Source of the DNA: Octopus sinensis
Lineage: Eukaryota
Assembly (NCBI RefSeq): GCF_006345805.1
Contig: NW_021833924.1
Coordinates: 1-64,000 of the forward strand
DNA: 64,000 bases
Direction: 5' to 3'
This document shows, piece after piece, positions 52,126-63,708 of the stretch; within the stretch, counting starts at the first letter, position 1, and each line of letters begins with the position of its first letter. The position numbers were made by a program, and so were the translations under genes. The notes beneath the pieces are model-generated. The model had not been told where the DNA came from and did no database searches. It worked only from the letters and a program-made list of their open reading frames with translations.

Positions 52126-52810
52126 AGGTGCAGGTGTGGTTGAGTGGTAAGAAGCTTGTTTACCAACTACATGGTTCTGGGTTCAGTCCCACTCCATTGC
52201 ATCTTGGGCAGGTATCTTCTGCTATAGTCTCGGGATGACTAAAGCCTTATGAGTGGATTTGACAGATGGAAACTGAAAGAAGCCTGTCATATATATATGT
52301 GAGTGTGTCTTTGTGTCTGTGTTTGTGCCCACCCCCACATCATGGCATAGTGGTTAGTGTAGTGGACTCGCAGTCGAGGGATCGTGGGTGTTTATGAGCG
52401 AAAACACCTAAGCTCCACGCGGCTCCGGCAGAAGGTAATGGCGAAACTTCTGCTGACTCTTTTGCCCCAACTTTCTCTCACTCTTTCTTCCTCCATCTTG
52501 CAGCTCACCTGCGACGGACCGGCGTCCCGTCCAGGTGGGGAACCTATACGCCAAGGAAACCAGGAAACCGGCCCTTAAGGGCCAGGCGTGGCTCGAGAAG
52601 GAACAAACAAATCAACAAACCCCGCATCATTGCTTGACAACCGGTGTTGGTGTGTTTACATCTCTGTAACTCAGTTCAGCAAAAAAAAAAGACCCCTAGA
52701 ATAGGGACCAAACATAATTAAAATAAATATTGGGGGTGATTGATTCAACTAAAATTTCATCAATCTGGTGCTCCAGCATGGCCGCAGTCTAAGGACTGAG
52801 ACAAGTAATA
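52126..52810 (+). mobile_element. S1 SINE with a nested S5 SINE (~52340-52610)
   Basis: S1 head and body, then S5, then the S1 3' module resumes at ATTGCTTGACAACC. Confidence 0.75.
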
Positions 52811-53039
52811 GAAGAAAAAAAAACGTGCTACCATCTTCAAGTGGTGTCCTTCATTTCCAGTCTTCCGTGAAAACATGTCTGGCCATGGGGTGATATTTAT
52901 TACCTCCCTTGGAAACGTAAGGGTTGGTTACAGGAAAGGCAACCATCTGCAGAAAATCTGCCTCAACAAACTGTATCTCGAAAAGTGGACGTTAACCCTT
53001 TTGTCACCATATTTCTGTGGAGATGTTCTGTGTTTCTTT

Positions 53040-53565
53040 CATCATCATCATCGTTTAACGTCCCCTTTCCATGCTAGCATGGGTTGGACGGTTCGACCAG
53101 GGATCTGGGAAGCCAGGAGGCTGCACCAGGCTCCAGTCTGATCTGGCAGTGTTTCTACAGCTGGATGCCCTTCCTAATGCCAACCACTCCATGAATGTAG
53201 TGGGTGCTACATATATATATATCTCATCATCGTTTAATGTCCATTTTCCATGCTAGCATGGGTTGGACGGTTCAACTGGGGATCTGGGAAGCCAGGAGGC
53301 TGCACCAGGCTCCAGTCTGATCTGGCAGTGTTTCTACAGCTGGATGCCCTTCCTAATGCCAACCACTCCATGAATGTAGTGGGTGCTACATATATATATA
53401 TCTCATCATCGTTTAATGTCCATTTTCCATGCTAGCATGGGTTGGACGGTTCAACTGGGGATCTGGGAAGCCAGGAGGCTGCACCAGGCTCCAGTCTGAT
53501 CTGGCAGTGTTTCTACAGCTGGATGCCCTTCCTAATGCCAACCACTCCATGAATGTAGTGGGTGC

Positions 53566-53575
<10 letters not shown>
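53040..53575 (-). repeat. 179-bp tandem x3 of the S3 3' end
   Basis: Near-identical units at 53071, 53250 and 53429; preceded by a 5' fragment of the piggyBac MITE (52996-53040). Confidence 0.9.
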
Positions 53576-53609
<34 letters not shown>

Positions 53610-53614
<5 letters not shown>

Positions 53615-54075
53615 CTTTACTACCCACAAGGGGCTAAACATAGAGGGGACAAACAAGGACAGACAAACGGATTAAGTCGATTACATCAACCCCAGTGCGT
53701 AACTGGTACTTAATTTATCGACCCCGAAAGGATGAAAGGCAAAGTCGACCTCGGCGGAATTTGAACACAGAACGCAACGACAGACGCAATACCGCTAAGC
53801 ATTTCGCCCGGTGTGCTAACGTTTCTGCCAGCTCGTCGCCTATCATCGTTTAATGTCCGTTTTCCATGCTAGCATGGGTTGGACGGTTCGACCGGGGATC
53901 TGGGAAGCCAGGAGGCTGCACCAGGCTCCAGTCTGATCTGGCAGTGTTTCTACAGCTGGATGCCCTTCCTAATGCCAACCACTCCGTGAGTGTAGTGGGT
54001 GCTTTTTACGTTTCAGGCGAGGCTGGCAACAGCCACGATCGGATTGGTGTTTTTTATGTGCCACCGGCACGGAAG
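53610..54075 (-). mobile_element. S2 SINE (~53610-53840) followed by an S3 fragment (~53843-54075)
   Basis: Family signatures as above. Confidence 0.78.
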
Positions 54076-54102
54076 CCAGTCAATGTGGCGCAAAAAATTA
54101 TC

Positions 54103-54172
54103 TGTCAGAAGTGGGATTCGAACCCACTATGCTCCTTGAGTCTGGTGCCTTAGACCGCTCGGCCATCCTGAT
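54103..54172 (-). pseudogene. tRNA-Leu(CAA) pseudogene with internal deletion
   Basis: Minus strand (A)TCAGGATGGCCGAGCGGTCTAAGGCACCAGACTCAAG-gagcata-GTGGGTTCGAATCCCACTTCTGACA, then a T-run terminator. The 3' anticodon stem and long variable arm are missing. Confidence 0.85.
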
Positions 54173-57100
54173 TAATTTTAAATATAACAAAAGAATTTAG
54201 TAAACTAACTTAGTTATCATTAAGCTAGTGTTAGGAACATAAATTGTGACTAAGGTTTGGTGGGAGATTTTAATTCAAAACTTATGAAAACAAGACATTT
54301 GTACTACAGAGCCAGAGGTGGTTTCAGCCAGGTTCGTATCAAAAGGGTTAAGAATTGTTTCTCTATTATATATTTTAACCCCTTTGTTACCATATTTCTG
54401 TTGAGATGTTCTGTGTTTCTTTCAATTAATTTTAAATATAACAAAGAATTTAGTAAAATAACTTAGTTATCATTAAGCTAGTGTTAGGAACATAAATTGT
54501 GACTAAGGTTTGGTGGAAGATTTGAATTCAAAGCTTATGGAAACAAGACATTTGTACTACAGAGCCAGTTTCAGCCAGGTTGGTATCAAAAGGGTTAAGA
54601 ATTGTTTCTCTATTATATATTTTAACCCCTTTGTTACCATATTTCTGTTGAGATGCTCTGTGTTTCTTTCAATTAATTTTAATATACAAACAACGAATTT
54701 AGTAAAATATTAAGCTAGTTTAGGAACATAAATTGTGACTAAGGTTTGGTGGAAGATTTTAATTCAAAACTTATGAAAACAAGACATTTGTACTACAGAG
54801 CCAGAGGTGGTTTCACCAGCCGGTTCGTATCAAAAGGGTTAAGAATTGTTTCTCTATTATATATTTTAACCCCTTTTTTACCATATTTCTGTTGAGATGC
54901 TCTGTGTTTCTTTCAATTAATTTTAATATACAAAGAATTTAGTAAAATATTAAGCTAGTGTTAGGAACATAAATTGTGACTAAGGTTTGGTGGAAGATTT
55001 TAATTCAAAACTTATGAAAACAAGACATTTGTACTACAGAGCCAGAGGTGGTTTCAGCCAGGTTCGTATCAAAAGGGTTAAGAATTGTTTCTCTATTATA
55101 TATTTTAACCCTTTTGTTACCATATTTCTGTTGAGATGTTCTGTGTTTCTTTCAATTAATTTTAAATATAACAAAGAATTTAGTAAAATAACTTCATTAT
55201 TATTAAGCTAGTGTTAGGAACATAAATTGTGACTAAGGTTTGGTGGAAGATTTTAATTCAAAACTATGAAAACAAGACATTTGTACTACAGAGCCAGAGG
55301 TGGTTTCAGCCAGGTTCGTATCAAAAGGGTTAAGAATTGTTTTTCTATTATATATTAACCCTTTGTTACCATATTTCTGTTGAGATGCTCTGTGTTTCTT
55401 TCAATTAATTTTAATATAACAAAGAATTTAGTAAAATATTAAGCTAGTGTTAGGAACATAAATTGTGACTAAGGTTTGGTGGAAGATTTTAATTCAAAGC
55501 TTATGAAAACAAGACATTTGTACTACAGAGCCAGAGGTGGTTTCAGCCAGGTTGGTATCAAAAGGGTTAAGAATTGTTTCTCTATTATATATTTTAACCC
55601 CTTTGTTACCATATTTCTGTTGAGATGCTCTGTGTTTCTTTCAATTAATTTTAAATATAACAAAGAATTTAGTAAAATATTAAGCTAGTGTTAGGAACAT
55701 AAATTGTGACTAAGGTTTGGTGGAAGATTTTAATTCAAAGCTTATGAAAACAAGACATTTGTACTACAGAGCCAGAGGTGGTTTCAGCCAGGTTGGTATC
55801 AAAAGGGTTAAGAATTGTTTCTCTATTATATATTTTAACCCCTTTGTTACCATATTTCTGTTGAGATGCTCTGTGTTTCTTTCAATTAATTTTAAATATA
55901 ACAAAGAATTTAGTAAAATAACTTAGTTATTGTTAAGCTAGTGTTAGGAACATAAATTGTGACTAAGGTTTGGTGGAAGATTTTAATTCAGAACTTATGA
56001 AAACAAGACATTTGTACTACAGAGCCAGAGGTGGTTTCAGCCCGGTTGGCATCCAAAGGGTTAAGAATTGTTTCTCTATTATATATTTTAACCCTTTTGT
56101 TACCATATTTCTGTTGAGATGTTCTGTGTTTCTTTCAATTAATTTTAAATATAACAAAGAATTTAGTAAAATAAGTTAGTTATCGTTAAGCTAGTGTTAG
56201 GAACATAAATTGTGACTAAGGTTTGGTGGAAGATTTTAATTCAAAACTTATGAAAACAAGACATTTGTACTACAGAGCCAGAGGTGGTTTCAGCCAGGTT
56301 CGTATCAAAAGGGTTAAGAATTGTTTCTCTATTATATATTTTAACCCTTTTGTTACCATATTTCTGTTGAGATGTTCTTGTGTTTCTTTCAATTAATTTT
56401 AAATATAACAAAGAATTTAGTAAAATAACTTAGTTATCGTTAAGCTAGTGTTAGGAACATAAATTGTGACTAAGGTTTGGTGGAAGATTTTAATTCAAAA
56501 CTTATGAAAACAAGACATTTGTACTACAGAGCCAGAGGTGGTTTCAGCCAGGTTCGTATCAAAAGGGTTAAGAATTGTTTCTCTATTATATATTTTAACC
56601 CTTTTGTTACCATATTTCTGTTGAGATGTTCTGTGTTTCTTTCAATTAATTTTAAATATAACAAAGAATTTAGTAAAATAAGTTAGTTATCATTAAGCTA
56701 GTGTTAGGAACATTAATTGTGACTAAGGTTTGGTGGAAGATTTTAATTCAAAACTTATGAAAACAAGACATTTGTACTACAGAGCCAGAGGTGGTTTCAG
56801 CCAGGTTCGTATCAAAAGGGTTAAGAATTGTTTCTCTATTATATATTTTAACCCTTTTGTTACCATATTTCTGTTGAGATGTTCTGTGTTTCTTTCAATT
56901 AATTTTAAATATAACAAAGAATTTAGTAAAATAAGTTAGTTATCATTAAGCTAGTGTTAGGAACATTAATTGTGACTAAGGTTTGGTGGAAGATTTTAAT
57001 TCAAAACTTATGAAAACAAGACATTTGTACTACAGAGCCAGAGGTGGTTTCAGCCAGGTTCGTATCAAAAGGGTTAAGAATTGTTTCTCTATTATATATT

Positions 57101-58030
57101 TTAACCCTTTTGTTACCATATTTCTGTTGAGATGTTCTGTGTTTCTTTCAATTAATTTTAAATATAACAAAGAATTTAGTAAAATAAGTTAGTTATCATT
57201 AAGCTAGTGTTAGGAACATAAATTGTGACTAAGGTTTGGTGGAAGATTTTAATTCAGAACTTATGAAAACAAGACATTTGTACTACAGAGCCAGAGGTGG
57301 TTTCAGCCAGGTTCGTATCAAAAGGGTTAAGAATTGTTTCTCTATTATATATTTTAACCCTTTTGTTACCATATTTCTGTTGAGATGTTCTGTGTTTCTT
57401 TCAATTAATTTTAAATATAACAAAGAATTTAGTAAAATAACTTAGTTATCGTTAAGCTAGTGTTAGGAACATAAATTGTGACTAAGGTTTGGTGGGAGAT
57501 TTTAATTCAAAACTTATGAAAACAAGACATTTGTACTACAGAGCAGAGAGGTGGTTTCAGCCAGGTTCGTATCAAAAGGTTAAGAATTGTTTCTCTATTA
57601 TATATTTTAACCCTTTTGTTACCATATTTCTGTTGAGATGTTCTGTGTTTCTTTCAATTAATTTTAAATATAACAAAGAATTTAGTAAAATAAGTTAGTT
57701 ATCATTAAGTTAGTGTTAGGAACATAAATTGTGACTAAGGTTTGGTGGAAGATTTTAATTCAAAACTTATGAAAACAAGACATTTGTACTACAGAGCCAG
57801 AAGTGGTTTCAACAGGGTTGGTATCAATAGGGTTAAGAATTGTTTCTCTATTATATATTTTAACCCTATTGTCACCATATTTCTGTTGAGATGCTCTGTG
57901 TTTCTTTCAATTAATTTTAAATATAAAGAATTTAGTAAAATAACTTAGTTATCATTAAGCTAGTGTTAGGAACATAAATTGTGACTAAGGTTTGGTGGAA
58001 GATTTTAATTCAAAACTTATGAAAACAAGT
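54172..58030 (+). mobile_element. Tandem array (~15 units, 241-253 bp) of a piggyBac-type MITE plus 23-bp spacer
   Basis: Each unit is TTAA-CCCTTTTGTTACC...(GG/CG)TATCAAAAGGG-TTAA-GAATTGTTTCTCTATTATATATT. TTAA targets and CCC/GGG ends are piggyBac hallmarks. Confidence 0.9.
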
Positions 58031-58928
58031 CAATTGTACTCAGAGCTGTTACAGGGCATACTCCTGTACTACTACAACTACTACTACTTCTACTACTACT
58101 GCTGCTGTTGTTATTGTTAAGCAACAAGACGGTTAAGGGTGATGGTCTAGGGCTTAGAGTCAGGAGACCCCAGACCTTGGAAAAAAAAACTTTGGTCGTC
58201 TTGTTGTAGTTGAGGGCTCTTCGTTGACGCCCGACACCACTGGGAGGTGGCCCCTCGAAGTTGCTAGAAATGGAGATCTCCAGGTCCAAATTCTTGAACG
58301 GCTGCTGCTGCTGCTGTAAAATCAAATTATGCAATTAATCAAAGTGAAATTTATTAATTACTATACCTGGGTAAGTACAGTGAAGACTAATATTTAATGC
58401 CACTTACCCAGTTTTTATTCGGCCCCTTGTAAAAAACAACTAACAAAGGTTGGGGTAGGATTTGAACTCCAACCCTTTGAAACTCTCACCAGCAACGATT
58501 ACCCAAACAGACCCACGAATTGGAGGATTGTTACCCAAGTGGTGCAAAGGGGTCATCGCCAAAAGGGCCATAGATGCAGCAACACACTGTTACAGTGCAT
58601 GCCCTCATAGTGCTACTATGACTAATTAATTCAATTAATTAATTAATCAAATCGTTCATTACTATACCTGGGTAAATACAGTGAAGACTATATATTTAAT
58701 GCTTTTGTTCTTTTATTTGTTTCAGTCATTTGACTGTGGCCATGCTGGAGCACTGCCTTTAGCTGAACAAATCGACCCCAGAAGTTAGTCTTTGTAAGCC
58801 TAGTACTTAAGCTATCGGTCTCTTTTGCTGAAGTGCTAAGTTACGTGGATGTAAACACACCAGCATTGGTTGTCAAGTAATACATATATATATCTTTTTT
58901 TTATATAATATATATATATATATGTATA

Positions 58929-59099
58929 GGCGCAGGAGTGGCTGTGTGGTAAGTAGCTTGCTAACCAGCCACATGGTTCCGGGTTCTGTCCCACTGTGTG
59001 GCATCTTGGGCAAGTGTCTTCTGCTATAGCCCCGGGCCGACCAATGCCTTGTGAGTGGATTTGGTAGACGGAAACTGAATGAAGCCTGTCGTATATATG

Positions 59100-59134
<35 letters not shown>

Positions 59135-59330
59135 TTGTGTGTCTGTGTTTGTACCCCTAGCATTGCTTGACAACCGATGCTGGTGTGTTTATGTCCCCGT
59201 CACTTAGCGGTTCGGCAAAAGAGACCGATAGAATAAGTACTGGGCTTACAAAGAATAAGTCCCGGGGTCGATTTGCTCGACTAAAGGTGGTGCTCCAGCA
59301 TGGCCGCAGTGAAATGACTGAAATAAGTAA
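58929..59330 (+). mobile_element. S1 SINE, full length
   Basis: GGCGCAGGAGTGGCTGTGTGG head to 3' module. Confidence 0.88.
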
Positions 59331-59529
59331 AAATATATATATAATATATATATATATAATAAATATTAGGGATAAATCCAAATTTACAGGGAAAAAATCA
59401 GATTTAGGATTAAATCCAATTTTATAGTAATATTATAAAATATTATTAGAGACAAAACCACTATTTTGCAAAACAAACAAGGAAAGACTTAATCAATACA
59501 TAAAATTTTAATAATAGTCAAAAAAACCG

Positions 59530-59572
59530 CCACTACAATTGTTTCTTGTCTTGATAGACAATCTTCAGGTGG
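59530..59572 (-). ncRNA. Minimal type I hammerhead ribozyme motif
   Basis: Minus strand CCAC-CTGAAGA-TTGTCT-atca-AGACAA-GAAA-C-AATT-G-TA/GTGG: canonical core, 6-bp stem II, palindromic stem III, GUA triplet. Confidence 0.85.
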
Positions 59573-59622
59573 ACTTCCAATAAGTCAGTTTCAAATTAAT
59601 TTGAAACTGACTTATTGGAAGT

Positions 59623-59665
59623 CCACCTGAAGATTGTCTATCAAGACAAGAAACAATGTGTAGGG
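59623..59665 (+). ncRNA. Mirror hammerhead copy with disrupted stems III and I
   Basis: CCAC-CTGAAGA-TTGTCT-atca-AGACAA-GAAA-CAATGTGTA/GGG: the stem III palindrome is broken and stem I is mispaired. Confidence 0.65.
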
Positions 59666-59752
59666 CGGTTTTTTTGACTATTTATTAAAATTTTATGTAT
59701 TGATTAAGTCTTTCCTTGTTTGTTTTGCAAAATAGTGGTTTTGTCTCTAATA

Positions 59753-59785
<33 letters not shown>

Positions 59786-59786
59786 T

Positions 59787-60170
59787 ACTCTCTTTTACTT
59801 GTTTCAGTCATTTGACTGCGGCCATGCTGGAGCACCGCCTTTAATCGAGCAGCTCGACCCCGGGACTTATTCTTTTGTAAGCCCAGTACTTATTCTATCG
59901 GTCTCTTTTGCCGAACCGCTAAGTGACGGGGACATAAACACACCAGCATCGGTTGTCAAGCAATGCTAGGGGGACAAACACACACATACATATATATATA
60001 TATATACATATATACGACAGGCTTCTTTCAGTTTCCGTCTACCAAATCCACTCACAAGGCATTGGTCGGCCCGGGGCTATAGCAGAAGACACTTGCCCAA
60101 GATGCCACGCAGTGGGACTGAACCCGGAACAATGTGGTTGGTTAGCAAGCTACTTACCACACAGCCACTC
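59787..60170 (-). mobile_element. S1 SINE, near full length
   Basis: As for 252-644. Confidence 0.85.
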
Positions 60171-60300
60171 CATATATATACACACACATATATACATAAT
60201 TAATAATATCAGAGTAATGAAGATTTTAGAAATTTTTACTACCAGTGGCCTAGTGTATAGAAAAATTAGTCAATAGACTATATATTATTCATATAAATAA

Positions 60301-60508
60301 AATACAGTGTACATTTAAACACATCAAGAGGTATCCATCATAGGACTCCTTTACGCTAGAAAGAACAGCTAAAGTTCAAACCACTAATTAGGGATAAAAT
60401 CTCGAAGGGAATGAAAAATATAAACAATGTTTGAACTTTAGCAGTTCTTTCTAGCGTAAGGGAGTCCTATGATGGATACCTCTTGATGTGTTTAAATGTA
60501 CACTGTAT

Positions 60509-60509
<1 letters not shown>
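60301..60509. repeat. Fold-back palindrome, 81-bp arms, 47-nt spacer
   Basis: 60301-60381 versus 60429-60509; the flank is homologous to ~51190-51340. Confidence 0.92.
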
Positions 60510-60540
<31 letters not shown>

Positions 60541-60549
60541 ATATATTCT

Positions 60550-61053
60550 CTTATTGTTTTACTTGTTTCGGTCATTTGACTGTGACTTATTCTTTGTAAG
60601 CCTAGTATTTATTATATCGCTCTCTTTTGCCGAAACCGCTAAGTTAGGGGGATGTAAACACACCAACGACGGTGGGAGGAACAAACACAGACATACACAC
60701 ATATATGTATACATATATATAAACAACAGGCTTCTTTCAGTTTCCGTCTACCAAATCTACTCACAAGGCTTTGGTCTGCCCGAGGCTATAATAGAAAACA
60801 CTTGCCCAAGGTGCCATGCAGTAGGACTGAACCCGGAACCATGTGGTCGGTAAGCAAGCTACTTACCACACAGCCACTCCTATGTGTATATACGATGGGC
60901 TTCTTTCAGTTTCCGTCTACAAAATCCACTCACAAGGTTTTGGTCGGCCCAAGGCTATAGTAGAAGACACTTGCCCAAGGTGCTACGCAGTGGGACTGAA
61001 CCCGGAACCATGTGGTCCGTAAGCAAGCTACTTACCACACACCCACTCCTGTG
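60550..61053 (-). mobile_element. S1 SINE with two tandem 5' modules
   Basis: Junction CAGCCACTCCTATGTGTATATACGA at ~60871-60895. Confidence 0.82.
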
Positions 61054-61426
61054 CTTAATTGTACATTTTTTTTCCTTTGCTTATTTTAAAAGGTCCCTAA
61101 AAGAAGTTGAAGTAGGATTTGTAGTTTGACCTTGTAAAACCCTCACCAGCTATGAAAACCCCAAACAAACCCATGGGTTTAAGGGTTGTCTCCTGGATGG
61201 GGCAAAGGAGTCACCCAGCAGGACAAATAGGGACTCACCAACAAATGAATGCAACGATGTGTTGTTACAACACCTGCCACGCCACTAACTATTATGACAC
61301 CCTGATACAATTAATTAATCAAATTGTAATTCATTAATTGCTATACCCCAATTGTAATTCATTAATTCATTAATTGTAATTCATTAATTGCTATACCCCA
61401 AAGTCCATCCCCTCCTCCCTGTGGTG

Positions 61427-61980
61427 GCAACGGGTAGTGTCAGAGCTATGCCGTCGGGAACTTCGGTTCCTGGTAGGGCCACCCAAGGCGGATTGGTCTG
61501 ACACCGAGTGGTATTAGGGCCACAACCCGGGACGCTAGCAATGGGTAGTGTCAGAACTATGCTGTCGGGAACTTCGGTTCCTGGTAGGGGCCACCCAAGG
61601 CGGATTGGTCTGACACCGAGTGATATTAGGGCCACAACCCGGAACGCTAGCAACGGGTAGTGTCAGAGCTATGCCGTCGGGAACTTCGGTTCCTGGTAGG
61701 GCCACCCGAGGCAGATTGGTCTGACACCGAGTGGTATTAGGGTCACAACCCGGGACGCTAGCAATGGGTAGTGTCAGAACTATGCTGTCGGGGAACTTCG
61801 GTTCCTGGTAGGAGCCACCTGAGGCAGATTGGTCTGACACCGAGTGGTATTAGGGTCACAACCCGGGACGCTAGCAATGGGTAGTGTCAGAGCTATGCTG
61901 TCGGGGAACTTCGGTTCCTGGTAGGGGCCATCCAAGGCAGATTGGTCTGACACCGAGTGGTATTAGGGCCACAACCCGGC
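61427..61980. repeat. GC-rich ~111-bp tandem repeat, ~5 copies
   Basis: GCAA(C/T)GGGTAGTGTCAG at ~61427, 61538, 61650, 61761 and 61874. Confidence 0.9.
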
Positions 61981-62239
61981 AGACGGGGCTCTGGTGAAAA
62001 TCCTCGGAGTGTCTGTTTCGGCAATCGGCGGCTCCTCGGTCATTCTGCCCCTGCGTCTGCGGACAATCTGCAGCAAATAGGGTGTCTCTACATGTGGGAT
62101 TGTTGGGAACCGCTTGTGAAATCCACATATTCCCACGAAACTTCTTCCATGAGTAGAAGAAGCCGACTCAACCTGCACAGGTGAATGTTGCCACAAGTAC
62201 AAGTATAACCTGGTAAGTAGAGGGAAGGTACATATTTAA

Positions 62240-63581
62240 TACTCTCTTTACTCTCTTTTATTTGTTTCAGTCATTTGACTTATTCAGTCGGTCTCTTTTG
62301 CCGAACCGCTAAGTGACGGGGACATAAACACACCAGCATTGGTTGTCAAGCAATGCTAGGGGGACAAACACATACATACAAACACACACACACATATATA
62401 TATATACATATATACGACAGGCTTCTTTCAGTTTCCGTCTACCAAATCCACTCACAAGGCTTTGGTCGGCCCGAGGCTATAGCAGAAGACACTTGCCCAA
62501 GATGCCACGCAGTGGGACTGAACCCAGAACCATGTGGTTGGTAAGCAAGCTACTTACCACACAGCCACTCCTATGTGTATATACGACAGGCTTCTTTCAG
62601 TTTCTGTCGACCAAATCCACTCACAAGGCTTTGGTCGGCCCAAGGCTATAGCAGAAGACACTTGCCCAAGATGCCACGCAGTGGGACTGAACCCAGAACC
62701 ATGTGGTTGGTAAGCAAGCTACTTACCACACAGCCACTCCTATGTGTATATACGACAGGCTTCTTTCAGTTTCTGTCGTCGACCAAATCCACTCACAGGC
62801 TTTGGTCGGCCCAAGGCTATAGCAGAAGACACTTGCCCAAGATGCCACGCATGGGACTGAAGTACCCAGAACCATGTGGTTGGTAAGCAAGCTACTTACC
62901 ACACAGCCACTCCTATGTGTATATACGACAGGCTTCTTTCAGTTCTGTCGACCAAATCCACTCACAAGGCTTTGGTCGGCCCAAGGCTATAGCAGAAGAC
63001 ACTTGCCCAAGATGCCACGCAGTGGGACTGAACCCAGAACCATGTGGTTGGTAAGCAAGCTACTTACCACACAGCCACTCCTATGTGTATATACGACAGG
63101 CTTCTTTCAGTTTCTGTCGACCAAATCCACTCACAGGCTTTGGTCGGCCCAAGGCTATAGCAGAAGACACTTGCCCAAGATGCCACGCAGTGGGACTGAA
63201 CCCAGAACCATGTGGTTGGTAAGCAGCTACTTACCACACAGCCACTCCTATGTGTATATACGACGGGCTTCTTTCAGTTTCCGTCTACCAAATCCACTCA
63301 CAAGGCATTGGTCGGCCCGAGGCTATAGCAAAGACACTTGCCCAAGATGCCACGCAGTGGGACTGAACCCAGAACCATGTGGTTGGTAAGCAAGCTACTT
63401 ACCACACACCACTCCTATGTGTATATACGACAGGCTTCTTTCAGTTTCTGTCGACCAAATCCACTCACAAGGCTTTGGTCGGCCCAAGGCTATAGCAGAA
63501 GACACTTGCCCAAGATGCCACGCAGTGGGACTGAACCCGGAACAATGTGGTTGGTTAGCACTACTTACCACACAGCCACTC
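62240..63581 (-). mobile_element. S1 SINE with seven head-to-tail 5' modules (~168-bp period)
   Basis: ACGAC(A/G)GGCTTC at 62414, 62583, 62752, 62925, 63093, 63260 and 63427. Confidence 0.92.
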
Positions 63582-63708
63582 CATATATATACACACACAT
63601 ATATACATAATTAATAATATCAGAGTAATGAAGATTTTAGAAATTTTTACTACCAGTGGCCTAGTGTATAGAAAATTAGTCAATAGACTATATATTATTC
63701 ATATAAAT

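Larger units (their letters stand above)
59434..59762. repeat. Spacerless palindrome with ~164-bp arms (Penelope-like fold-back end)
   Basis: Centre TTTCAAATT/AATTTGAAA between 59597 and 59598; near-perfect symmetry. Confidence 0.95.

Noticed and set aside
878-52610. SINE heads as functional tRNA genes
   Set aside because: They have box A/B motifs but no complete cloverleaf, and they continue into SINE bodies.
54257-57948. Repeated 69-aa ORF MVEDFNSKLMK...
   Set aside because: It uses a non-ATG start and spans the MITE/spacer junction, a by-product of the array.
58361-58380. TACTTACC on the minus strand resembling the U1 snRNA 5' end
   Set aside because: Similarity is limited to the splice-donor complement, with no U1 body.
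435-63614. Recurrent peptides such as RRHLPKVPRSGTEPGTMWLV and MLAWVGRF
   Set aside because: They are translations of S1 and S3 SINEs, not a gene family.
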